Source of the DNA: Myxococcales bacterium | Lineage (GTDB): Bacteria; Myxococcota_A; Polyangia; Haliangiales; Haliangiaceae | Direction: 5' to 3' | Length of the DNA: 64,000 nucleotides | Assembly: GCA_016707895.1 (NCBI GenBank) | Contig: JADJGV010000002.1 | Location: 591,695-655,694, forward strand | In this document: piece after piece, positions 1 through 8,303 of the stretch | Position numbering within the stretch: position 1 is the first letter of the stretch | How the letters are laid out: the number at the start of each line of letters is the position of its first letter | The notes under the pieces: model-generated | Databases searched by the model: none | The model's input: only the letters and a program-made list of their open reading frames with translations | What the model was told of the DNA's origin: nothing | Made by a program: the position numbers and the translations under genes

Positions 1-596
1 CCCGCGTCGAGCTGGTGGCGGTCTACGCGCGCGCGTATCCACCGATGCAGGCGCGCGCGTTCATGACGTCGCTCGCCGGCGACCGCGCGGACGTCGCGCC
101 GATGCTCCTGCGCCTGCGGCGGTACTACCTCGCCGCGCGGGCGTACGCGCAGCTGACCGACCTGGACCACGATCTGATCACGCGCGGCGTGCCGGGCGCG
201 TGCGAGCGCGCCGTCGAGCGCGTCACCCTCGCCGGGTTTGGCGGTGGCATCGCCCGGGCGATCGCCCACGGCGAGGCCACGCGGCTGCTCGACCTGGCGA
301 GCGAGCTGGCGCGACGCGGCGATCCCACCGAACCGAGCTGCCTCGCCGAGGCGGTCTCGGTGGTGGGTGCGCTGGCGATGGCGTGGGACGCTGACGCGGT
401 GGGCGTGGTCGGCGGCCCTGCGGGCGATGGCGATCGCTCGACGCGGGCGCTGGCCGCCGCGCTGTACGCCGCGCTGGGCAGCTTCACCGACGCGCAGATC
501 GCGGCGGCGCCGTTCGCGCGGGTGGGTGGCGCGACGCGGCCGACCCGCGCGCAGCTCGCCGCCCGGGGTGCGCAGCTCGCGGGTGCGGGCGACTGA
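1..596 (+). CDS. hypothetical protein, 5'-truncated at window edge (Ala/Arg/Leu-rich helical protein)
   Basis: ORF open to the window start (track 15..596). Third-position GC is high. There is no recognisable family motif. Confidence 0.45.
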   Translation, partial: RVELVAVYARAYPPMQARAFMTSLAGDRADVAPMLLRLRRYYLAARAYAQLTDLDHDLITRGVPGACERAVERVTLAGFGGGIARAIAHGEATRLLDLASELARRGDPTEPSCLAEAVSVVGALAMAWDADAVGVVGGPAGDGDRSTRALAAALYAALGSFTDAQIAAAPFARVGGATRPTRAQLAARGAQLAGAGD

Positions 597-608
597 CCTG
601 CGTCGAGC

Positions 609-1328
609 TCAGCGCGTCACGCCGATCATCAGCGTCGAGGTGCGCTTCGTGAACCGCGGGACCCGCGCGCTGGCGAGCGCGCGCTCGACGCAGCGCGCGT
701 CGGCCCGGCTGGCGCCGCCGACGCGGACCCGGCGGACCGCGCCGGCGCTGCTGAACGTGATCGCGGCCGTCACCCGGCCGCCGCCGGTGACGCACGCCTG
801 CGCGGCGGGCAACAGCGGCGCGAGCGCCGCGTGGATGGCCGCGGTGCTCGGCTGGTCGGGCGGCGGCGGCGCGGCGTTCGCGTGCGCGGTGAGCCAGGCG
901 GCCCAGCGGTCGCGGGCGGCCCGTCGCGCGGCGGGCGGCCCGTCCCACGCGTACGGTCCGTTGGCCATCCACGCGGCCTCGAAGCGGCGGGTCGCGCCCG
1001 AGCGCGGATCCTCGGTCTGGCCGCGCCGCACGCCGAACCACGCCGCGACCGCGCACTCGAGCGCGCGGCTGGCGTGCATGCGCGTCATCGGGTCGGCCGC
1101 GTCGAGCAGCGACAGCACCGCCCGCGCGCCGTCGAGGCCATGGCCGCACAGCGCCCACACCGCCGGCGTGTAGTCGGCGTGGAGCGGATCGGGATCGGCG
1201 TCGATCGACGCCACCAGGCTGGCGATCGTCGGGACCGGCGGGATGGCTCGCGGCGTGGGCTGGGCGTGCGCGACGGCGGCGACCGCGGCCAGCAGCGCGG
1301 ACGAGACGAGCAGGCAGCGCGGGGGCAC
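609..1328 (-). CDS. secreted protein with C-terminal TonB-C / AgmX-PglI-like domain
   Basis: Real part of track ORF 609..1898. GTG start at 1326-1328 gives MPPRCLLVSSALLAAVAAVAHAQP, a signal peptide. The C-terminus (…CVTGGGRVTAAITFSSAGAVRRVRV…CVERALASARVPRF) has the two-Cys TonB-C/AgmX-like pattern. The upstream 2/3 of the long ORF is the antisense shadow of the 1441..1922 gene. Confidence 0.5.
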   Translation of the reverse strand: MPPRCLLVSSALLAAVAAVAHAQPTPRAIPPVPTIASLVASIDADPDPLHADYTPAVWALCGHGLDGARAVLSLLDAADPMTRMHASRALECAVAAWFGVRRGQTEDPRSGATRRFEAAWMANGPYAWDGPPAARRAARDRWAAWLTAHANAAPPPPDQPSTAAIHAALAPLLPAAQACVTGGGRVTAAITFSSAGAVRRVRVGGASRADARCVERALASARVPRFTKRTSTLMIGVTR

Positions 1329-1440
1329 GGGCGCTTGGACCGCCCGCGGGGCCGAAGCCTTGGGTCTCTGGATGTGCCGTGGCGCACGGGGACGCGCGAC
1401 GCGCGGCGCACGACCGCGGCCCCGGTGCAGAATCGAGCCA

Positions 1441-1922
1441 TGGGCAGGTTCGTGCTTGCGGTGATGATCGTGGCGGCGTGCGACCACGGCGGCGGCCCCG
1501 CCATCGACGCCGCGACCGACGGCACCTTCGACGGGACGGGGGGCGGGCCCGACGCGGGGCTGGGCTCGCTCACGTGCGACGAGCTGGCCGCGCAGCTGCG
1601 CGCCCGCGCGGCCGCGACGTCGCGGCAGTGTTCGGCGCCGAGCGATTGCGAGCTCGACGGCTACCCGGTCGACTTCAGCGGCACGCCGACCTGCAACTGC
1701 GGGGCGACGTGGTCGTCGAGCTGCGGTGGCGCCGCGGTGAACGCGGCGGCGTGGGCCGCCGACGCGACCGCCGGGGCGCTCAGCGCCGAGTGGATCGCCC
1801 GCTGCATCGGCGGCACCAACGGCGTGTGCGATTGCACCCGCGGCACGGTGTCGTGCGTCGACGGGACCTGCCGGGGCACGACCTACGACTGCTTCCACCC
1901 GTTCGACGCCGGCGTGCGGTGA
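1441..1922 (+). CDS. Cys-rich lipoprotein
   Basis: ATG at 1441 gives MGRFVLAVMIVAACDHGG, a lipobox. The protein has 16 Cys and high third-position GC. It is the tail of track ORF 831..1922. Confidence 0.55.
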
Positions 1923-1934
1923 CGGCGCGCGCGG

Positions 1935-2546
1935 TCAGTCGTCGGCAGCGGCGGCGTCGGCGTCCGCGACCAGCGCGACGATGATCGCGTCGCCCGAGTC
2001 GGGGTACGCGTAGCCGAGGTGCAGCGCCGGCGCGCGGTTGATCCGGGCCAGGCCGTCCTCGGCGACCAGCCGCGTCAGCGCCCGGGCGATCACGAACCGG
2101 ACGTGGCCCTCGAGCCAGCCGTCCTCGCCGCCGACGTTGAGCGCGGCGTACGCCGGCGAGAGCACGAACGGCGTGACGCTGATCGTGAACTCGTGCAGCT
2201 CGCCTTCGCCGAGCGCGTAGTCGCCGTAGCGCGGATCGAACGTGCTGGCCTGGGTGCGCAGCGCGGTCGTCCGCGCGGTCTGCCAGTGGTCGGGGGCCCC
2301 GGTCAACCGGGGCAGCAGCGCGCGCAGCTCGGCGTTGCGGGCCCGCGCGCCGGCGGCGTTGCGCGCGGCGGTGTCGGCGACGACCTCGTACCAGCCCTTG
2401 TACGGGTCGGCCCACAGCACGATCGCCGCGATCGGCTCGTCGGCGTGATCGTCGGCGAGCCGGGCGATCGCGGTGCGCAGCTCGCCCAGCAGCTGGTCCT
2501 CGAGCGCGCGCCAGTCGGGCGGGGCCTGATCGTCGGTGGTCATCAC
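1935..2546 (-). CDS. hypothetical protein
   Basis: 203-aa ORF starting MMTTDDQAPPDW, with balanced composition and native codon bias. Confidence 0.55.
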   Translation of the reverse strand: MMTTDDQAPPDWRALEDQLLGELRTAIARLADDHADEPIAAIVLWADPYKGWYEVVADTAARNAAGARARNAELRALLPRLTGAPDHWQTARTTALRTQASTFDPRYGDYALGEGELHEFTISVTPFVLSPAYAALNVGGEDGWLEGHVRFVIARALTRLVAEDGLARINRAPALHLGYAYPDSGDAIIVALVADADAAAADD

Positions 2547-2677
2547 GCCGAGCGTACCCGACCGCCGGCGACCGCCGCGACGCGCTACCGATCCTTGCCG
2601 CGCGCCTGCAGTCGTCCGACCAGCTACCCGGTCGCTGCCGGGCGGGGTGATGGACGGCGTGCTACCTATGACGGCTC

Positions 2678-3616
2678 ATGCGCATCGCCGTCGGTGGTCT
2701 GGTCGTGTCCCTGCTGGCCGCCTGTGGAGGCGATCCATCCCCGGCGGTCGACGCCGGGCCCGACGCGATGGGCGAGCCCGACGCGCTGGTCGACGCCGGC
2801 GGTCCCGACGCGCGGCCGACCACGTTCGGCGGCGCGCGCCCGGCCACGCTGGTGGTCCCGGCCTCGTACGATCCGGCCACCCCGACGCCGCTGGTGCTGG
2901 TGCTCCACGGCTACAGCACCAACACCACCTACGCCGCGCCGCTGTTGCAGCTGACCGCCGCCGCGTCGTCGGCCGGGTTCCTGATGATCGCACCGGCCGG
3001 GACCGCCGACAGCAGCGGCAGCCACTTCTGGAACGCGACCGACGCGTGCTGCAACTTCGAGAACAGCCAGGTCGATGACGTGGCCTACCTCGACGGGCTG
3101 ATCACCGAGATCAGCGCCGCGTACAACGTCGACCCCAAGCGGATCTACGTGGTCGGCCACTCCAACGGCGGCTTCATGGCGTACCGGATGGCCTGCGCCA
3201 AGGCCGACCGGATCGCGGCGGTCGTGTCGGTGGCCGGCGCCACGTTCGCCACGCCGGCGAGCTGCGCGCCGAGCCAGCCGGTGAGCGTGCTGCAGGTCCA
3301 CGGCACCTCCGACGCGACGATCCAGTACGCGGGTGGCACGCTCATGGTCGGCACCGCCAACATCGCGTACCCGTCGGCGGCGGGCTCGCGCGATCGCTGG
3401 GCGACCTACGACGGCTGCGCCGCGACCACCACGACCGGCGCGGCGATCGACGTCACCGGCGACGCCACCGCCGAGACCACGCCCACCGCGCACGGCGCCT
3501 GCCCCGCCGGCATCGGCGTCGAGCTGTGGACGGTCGATCAGGCGCCGCACATCCTGGCGTTCAAGGCCGGCCCGCCGCTGCTGTGGACCTGGTTGGCCGC
3601 GCACCCCAAGCCGTGA
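2678..3616 (+). CDS. lipoprotein esterase, alpha/beta-hydrolase (PHB-depolymerase/LpqC-type)
   Basis: Signal plus lipobox LLAACGG. Nucleophile elbow GHSNGG. The HGYST…AP block is typical of the esterase/PHB depolymerase family. Confidence 0.7.
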   Translation: MRIAVGGLVVSLLAACGGDPSPAVDAGPDAMGEPDALVDAGGPDARPTTFGGARPATLVVPASYDPATPTPLVLVLHGYSTNTTYAAPLLQLTAAASSAGFLMIAPAGTADSSGSHFWNATDACCNFENSQVDDVAYLDGLITEISAAYNVDPKRIYVVGHSNGGFMAYRMACAKADRIAAVVSVAGATFATPASCAPSQPVSVLQVHGTSDATIQYAGGTLMVGTANIAYPSAAGSRDRWATYDGCAATTTTGAAIDVTGDATAETTPTAHGACPAGIGVELWTVDQAPHILAFKAGPPLLWTWLAAHPKP

Positions 3617-3629
3617 GCGATCCACGCGG

Positions 3630-4910
3630 TCAGCCGACGACGAGTGCGTCGGCGGCCGCGCGCAGGTAGCCGCGCAACAGCGCGTCGGGCCCGTGAGGCG
3701 TCGGCGCGAGCGCGTCCGCGGTCGCCACGAGCGCGGCGCGGGTCGGCGCGGCCAGGTGCGCGATCGCCGCGCGCGCGAACGCGGCGGTCGCCGCCAGCAC
3801 CGCGCGTTCGCCAGCGCGGACCACCGAACAGCTCCGACGCCAGCTGTCGCTCGCCGGGGTGTCGTCCGGCGGCGCGATGCGATCGTGAGCGGTCAGCGCC
3901 GCGGCGGCCAGCATGGTCATCGCCGCGCGCTCGACCTCGACGCCGCGCCAGGCGTCGTCGTCGTCGTCATCGACCGGCCCGAGCCCCGCCGCGCGTCGGC
4001 GGGCGGTCGCCAGCGCGGCGCGCGCGTCGTCGTCGAAGCGCGCGGTCACCGTGATCGCCGGCGCGCCGGGCAGCGCCAGCGCGACGGCGGTCGCCGGGTT
4101 GTCCGGCAGGGCGAAGCCGTAGCCGACCAGCAGCGCGGTGTTGCCCTTGGCGCCGTAGTCGAAGTGGACCTCGTCCCCGGCCGCGAACGCGCGGCGCGCC
4201 TCGACCGACCAGACCGCGGTGAGCGGGTCGTACTGCCAGCGCGTCTGGCCGGGGTGGTGGTTGAACAGATCAGCGACCGGGATGAACGCGACCCGATCGT
4301 CGAGCGTGTCGGGCGCGTTGAAGCCGCGCGACGCGACGATCGCGCGGCCCCAGGCGTAGTCAGCCAGGCTCACCTGCGCCCGCAGCGCCACCGGCAGCCG
4401 CGCGTAGGTGTCGACGACGTCGGCGTGGGCGGCCGCCGCGGCCCGTCGCGCCGCGGTGCCGGCCAGCGGCGCCAGTTCGTCGCCGCCGCGGAACATCGGC
4501 AGGTCGGCGAAGGCCGCCGGCTGCACGTCGAGGAACGCCCGCCAGCGCGAGTCGGGCCGGCGCGCCTCGAGGGGCAACCACACCGCGAGCGCGTCGCGCG
4601 GCCCCGCGACCTCGGGGCCGAGGTCGATCGCGCCGGTCGCGGTGGCGGCCAGCTCATCGTCGCGCACCATCAGCGCGCGTGGGATCGCCAGCAGCCGCTC
4701 GCCGACGGCGATCGCGCGCGCCGCGCGCACCGCGCCGTCACCGGCGGCGTCGACGCTGAGCGCCACGCCGTCGAGCCGTGCGCCGCCCTCGAGCGCCCAC
4801 GCCTGCAGCCGAGCCACCGCCGCGGCGCGCGCGCTGCCGCCGGGAGGCGCGCTGGTCCGCGTCGGGAGCGCGGCCCACGTCGGATCGGGGAGCGGCGGGA
4901 CGGGCGACAT
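3630..4910 (-). CDS. SET-domain protein lysine methyltransferase (LSMT-like)
   Basis: Real 426-aa tail of track ORF 3630..6968, with ATG at 4908-4910 (MSPVPPLPDPTW). N-SET block GARLDGVAL…GERLLAIPRALMV. C-SET block RGFNAPDTLDDRVAFIPVADLFNHHP…GDEVHFDYG. Poly-Asp insert DDDDDD. The upstream 640 aa of the long ORF is antisense of the TerD-domain gene. Confidence 0.65.
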   Translation of the reverse strand: MSPVPPLPDPTWAALPTRTSAPPGGSARAAAVARLQAWALEGGARLDGVALSVDAAGDGAVRAARAIAVGERLLAIPRALMVRDDELAATATGAIDLGPEVAGPRDALAVWLPLEARRPDSRWRAFLDVQPAAFADLPMFRGGDELAPLAGTAARRAAAAAHADVVDTYARLPVALRAQVSLADYAWGRAIVASRGFNAPDTLDDRVAFIPVADLFNHHPGQTRWQYDPLTAVWSVEARRAFAAGDEVHFDYGAKGNTALLVGYGFALPDNPATAVALALPGAPAITVTARFDDDARAALATARRRAAGLGPVDDDDDDAWRGVEVERAAMTMLAAAALTAHDRIAPPDDTPASDSWRRSCSVVRAGERAVLAATAAFARAAIAHLAAPTRAALVATADALAPTPHGPDALLRGYLRAAADALVVG

Positions 4911-4952
4911 CGGACGAGCATATCGGACCTCGACCGGCGCTATGCTCGTCGC

Positions 4953-7085
4953 GTGTCGGCCACCGGTGCGCATCCGCTGAACTCGCTGTTCCTGCGCCGA
5001 CGTCGCAAGCTGGTCGTCGCGGCCGGCGTCGACGCGCTGCCGCTCGGCTACGTCGCGACCGCGCTCAAGAACCTCGAGCGGCTCGGCTACACGACGTCGC
5101 CGCGGCTGCTGGCCCGGCTGCGCACGCTGTCCGAGCGCGACCTCGCCGCGGTCTACGGCCAGCTGGTGTCGACGCTGCGCAAGCTCAAGGGCGCCGACGT
5201 CGAGTGGCGCCCGATGTACCCCAACTTCCCGCGCCAGGTCATGGAGGCCAGCGACGCCGAGCTGTACGTCAACGCGCTCCTGCATTACCTGGGCGACTGG
5301 GTCGGGCTGCGGATCCTGCCGGTCTACCCGGTCGCCGATCGACCGCCGCTGATCGAGGCGGTCGAGCTCGAGGTCATCGATCTCGGCGACGACGGCGAGC
5401 TGCGGGCGATGGCGCGCGATCTGATCGGCGCCGCGACCTCGATCTCGGCGACCGACAAGGATGACCTGCGCGCGCTGCTCGCGCACTACGGCGCCGACCT
5501 CACCGACGTGCTGCCGCCCGCGATCCCGCACAAAGAGAACCTGGCGTTCACCGCCGCGGTGCTGCTCGAGCACCGGGTCGCCTCCGACGTGCTGCTCACG
5601 CGCTACTTCCGCACCGCCACCGACGTGCTGCGGCTGGCGGTGGCGCGGGCCGGCGGTGACGTCAGCCTGGCCACGCCGACCCGGTTCGGCAGCGTCGGGC
5701 GGGCCGAGCGCCGGCTGCTGGTCGCGCTCGTCGATCGGCTGGCCGCGCCCGACGAGGACCTGTGGCGCCACCGCGAGGCGTGGCTGCGCCTCGGCGAGCG
5801 ACTGCACCCCGGCGAGCTGACGACGCGGTTCCCGAAGGCGGCGGCGGCGTTCGCGCGGCTGCGGGCGGGTGAGCGCCCGGCCACCTTCAACCGGCAGGTC
5901 GAGCGCGCGCTGCGCACGCCCGACGTCGAGGCGGCGCTGGCCCGGCTGCGCACCCGCCCCGGTGAGCTGGCCCGGCGGCTCGATCACCTGCTGCGGCTGG
6001 CGACGCCGGCGCAGCGGCCCGCGGTGCTGGCCGCCTTCGCGACCACCGCGGCCGAGGTCGCGACGCCGGTGCTGCTGCAGGTGCTGACCCACTTCGAGCA
6101 CCGCGGCGCGGCCGAGGCGGTGCGGCCGATCTTCCCCAAGGGCAACGCGGCCAAGGTCATCGCGGTGCCCAACCGCCTGCCGCCGCTGCCGGCGGCCACG
6201 ATCGCCGCGGTGGTGGCCGCGTGCGAGGTCGCGCTGCGGGCGCGGTTCGCGCGGCGCCCGTCGCTGGGCAAGGTCTACCTCGACCCGCGCCTCGACAAGC
6301 ACCTGGTGCCGTTCTCGCAGCGCTCGGCGAGCAAGGCGTTGCGCACGCTGGTGCGCGGCTCGCGGGTGCCGCTGCCGGCCGGCGGCACGCTCCGCTTCTT
6401 CTTGTGGTGGAAGGAGGGCCTGGTGCGCGGCAAGCCGACCGGCCGCGTCGACATCGACCTCACCGCGGCGCTGTACGGCGCCGACTTCGGCTACCGCGAG
6501 CACATCTCGTGGACCAACCTGCGGTCGGCCAAGTACCGCGGCGCCCACAGCGGCGACATCACCTCGGCGCCCGACGGCGCCTGCGAGTTCATCGACCTCG
6601 ACGTGAAGTCGGTGCTGGCGTTCGGCGCGCGCTACGTGGTGGCCGCCGCGTACGCGTACACCGCGCAGCCGTTCTGCAACCTGCCCGAGTGCTTCGTCGG
6701 CTGGATGACGCGCCTCGATCCGGGCTCGGGGGAGATCTTCGAGCCGGCGACCGTCGTCGATCGGGTCGATCTGGCCGCGGACCGGCGGGTGTGCGTGCCG
6801 GCGATCTTCGATCTCGCGACGCGCGAGGTCATCTGGACCGACGTCGCCTACGACGCGCAGCCGCAGACGATGGCGGCGATCGAGAGCAACCGGTCGTCGC
6901 TGGGCCAGCTGGTGCAGGCGATGACCGTGCTGCACAAGACCACGCTGCACCGGCTGTGGGGGCTGCACGCCGACGCCCGCGGCACCCGGGTCGCGACCGC
7001 GGCCGAGGCCGACACCGTCTTCGCGGTCGACGCCGGCATCACGCCGCGCGATCAGGAAGTGATCATGGCCGAATACCTGGCGTGA
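4953..7085 (+). CDS. large protein with C-terminal TerD-like domain (N-terminal ~550 aa of unknown family)
   Basis: Real part of track ORF 3333..7085, with first in-frame start GTG at 4953. The C-terminal ~140 aa match the TerD fold signature: DIDLTA…ISWTNL…HSGDITSAPDGACEFIDLDV…QPFCNLPECFVGWMTRLD…AIFDLATREVIWTDVAYDAQ. Compare Pfam TerD: DLD…FYnnL…HSGDNrTGeGdGDDE.I.vDL…qnFgqV.nAyiRl.d…fdLs…WkFrAvGqG. Confidence 0.6.
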   Translation: MSATGAHPLNSLFLRRRRKLVVAAGVDALPLGYVATALKNLERLGYTTSPRLLARLRTLSERDLAAVYGQLVSTLRKLKGADVEWRPMYPNFPRQVMEASDAELYVNALLHYLGDWVGLRILPVYPVADRPPLIEAVELEVIDLGDDGELRAMARDLIGAATSISATDKDDLRALLAHYGADLTDVLPPAIPHKENLAFTAAVLLEHRVASDVLLTRYFRTATDVLRLAVARAGGDVSLATPTRFGSVGRAERRLLVALVDRLAAPDEDLWRHREAWLRLGERLHPGELTTRFPKAAAAFARLRAGERPATFNRQVERALRTPDVEAALARLRTRPGELARRLDHLLRLATPAQRPAVLAAFATTAAEVATPVLLQVLTHFEHRGAAEAVRPIFPKGNAAKVIAVPNRLPPLPAATIAAVVAACEVALRARFARRPSLGKVYLDPRLDKHLVPFSQRSASKALRTLVRGSRVPLPAGGTLRFFLWWKEGLVRGKPTGRVDIDLTAALYGADFGYREHISWTNLRSAKYRGAHSGDITSAPDGACEFIDLDVKSVLAFGARYVVAAAYAYTAQPFCNLPECFVGWMTRLDPGSGEIFEPATVVDRVDLAADRRVCVPAIFDLATREVIWTDVAYDAQPQTMAAIESNRSSLGQLVQAMTVLHKTTLHRLWGLHADARGTRVATAAEADTVFAVDAGITPRDQEVIMAEYLA

Positions 7086-7158
7086 GCGGCGCGGGCCGCG
7101 CTACGCTCGTCTTCGGCGGCTATGGTCGCGCTTCCTTCTACAATCCGGAACCGGAGGT

Positions 7159-7231
7159 CGGAGGTTCGAATCCTCCTCTCGAGCTCGCTCGAGGTAGCTC
7201 AGTGGTAGAGCGCCGGTCTTCAGCTCGACCG
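7159..7231 (+). tRNA. tRNA gene fragments in permuted order (3' half followed by 5' half); not a canonical tRNA
   Basis: 7159-7183 reads GGAGG-TTCGAAT-CCTCC-TCTCGAG-C, a perfect T-arm plus acceptor 3' strand. After 3 nt, 7187-7230 reads CTCGAGG-TA-GCTC-AGTGGTA-GAGC-G-CCGGTCTTCAGCTCGACCG, i.e. acceptor 5' strand, U8/A9, a canonical D-arm and an anticodon-arm-like stem CGGTC/GACCG with an 8-nt loop containing UCA. The two acceptor strands are mutually complementary over 7 bp (one G-U). No upstream 5' half or downstream T-arm exists. Confidence 0.3.
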
Positions 7232-7260
7232 CTCTCCGCCACTATTTCTCGCGCCGGCGA

Positions 7261-8103
7261 TCACACCTCGATCGCGCCCCGGCCCAGCTCGATCGTCGCG
7301 CCGGTGACGTGGATCGCGCCGGCGGCGTCGACGTCGAGGCGCAGCCGCGACGGGCGGCCAGCCTGGTCGCCCTGATCGAGCGTCGCGGTCAGCGGCAGGC
7401 CGCCGCCGGTGGCGATCCACCAGCCGCCCAGGTTGGCGCACGCCGAGCCGGTGGCCGGGTCTTCGAGGATGGCCCCGGCGCTGGTGAAGAAGAACCGCAC
7501 CGTCCAGCGCGGCTCGCCGGGCGCCCACAGGTAGGCCATCGCCTCGTCGCGCGCGGCCGAGTAGCCCCAGCGCTCGAGCAGCGCCGGCACCGGCCGCGCG
7601 GCCCGCACGTGGGCCGGCGTCGTGATCGGGATGATCAGCTGCTCGACGCCGGTCGACACCCAGCGCGGCTCGCCGGCGATCGCCTCGGCCGGGAGCCCGA
7701 CCATCGCGGCGAGGTCGGCGCGGCTGGCCTCGACCGCGCGGGTGACCGGCGCCTGCGCCGCGCGTAGCGTCCACGCCCCGTCGGCGCCGCGGCGCACCGG
7801 CACCAGGCCGGCCTTCATCTCGAGCACGACCTGGTCGCGGCCGCCGGCGACCACGCTGGCGGTGCCCAGCGTCGGGTGGCCGGCGAACGGCATCTCGAAG
7901 CCCGGCGTGAAGATGCGCACCCGCGCGTCGGCGCGCTCGCTGGGCAGGACGAACGTCGTCTCCGACAGGTTGAGCTGGCGGGCCAGCGCCTGCATGGTGC
8001 GCTCGTCGAGCCCGCGGGCGTCCTCGAACACCGCCAGCGGGTTGCCCGAGAAGCGATCGCCGGCGATCGTGAACACGTTGACGATCCGGAACGCGTAGGC
8101 CAT
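7261..8103 (-). CDS. PhzF-family phenazine-biosynthesis-like isomerase
   Basis: ATG at 8101-8103 gives MAYAFRIVNVFT…GNPLAVFEDARGLDERTMQALARQLNLSETTFV, the classic PhzF N-terminus. The C-terminus reads EDPATGSA. The longer track ORF has a junk Arg-rich leader. Confidence 0.75.
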   Translation of the reverse strand: MAYAFRIVNVFTIAGDRFSGNPLAVFEDARGLDERTMQALARQLNLSETTFVLPSERADARVRIFTPGFEMPFAGHPTLGTASVVAGGRDQVVLEMKAGLVPVRRGADGAWTLRAAQAPVTRAVEASRADLAAMVGLPAEAIAGEPRWVSTGVEQLIIPITTPAHVRAARPVPALLERWGYSAARDEAMAYLWAPGEPRWTVRFFFTSAGAILEDPATGSACANLGGWWIATGGGLPLTATLDQGDQAGRPSRLRLDVDAAGAIHVTGATIELGRGAIEV

Positions 8104-8303
8104 GCGCCGACTGTACGGCGGCGGCGGCCCCGCGGTCGGTACAGCTGGCGCGACCGCGGGCGGTACAGCCGATGACCGCCGTCGTCGCCGCACTTGATGG
8201 CGGTCAGGTCGCGGCGACGGGGAGCGCGCTCGTCGAGAAGCGTGGTCGCGCCGTGCCCGAGTCGTGACGGCGCGCTGACCGGCGCGGGCGCACGGTGACC
8301 GGC

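Noticed and set aside
3333-4950. 5' two-thirds of the 1250-aa plus-strand ORF 3333..7085 (and, symmetrically, the upstream 640 aa of the 1112-aa minus ORF 3630..6968)
   Set aside because: Arg/Gly/Pro-rich junk translations. They are antisense shadows of the SET-domain gene and the TerD-fusion gene respectively. Only the 3' parts have motif content and proper third-position GC bias.
7256-7274. Hairpin GCGATC-ACACCTC-GATCGC, considered as a missing T-arm for the 5' tRNA half
   Set aside because: The loop is not T-loop-like. The structure overlaps the last codons and stop of the PhzF gene. More likely a gene-end hairpin.
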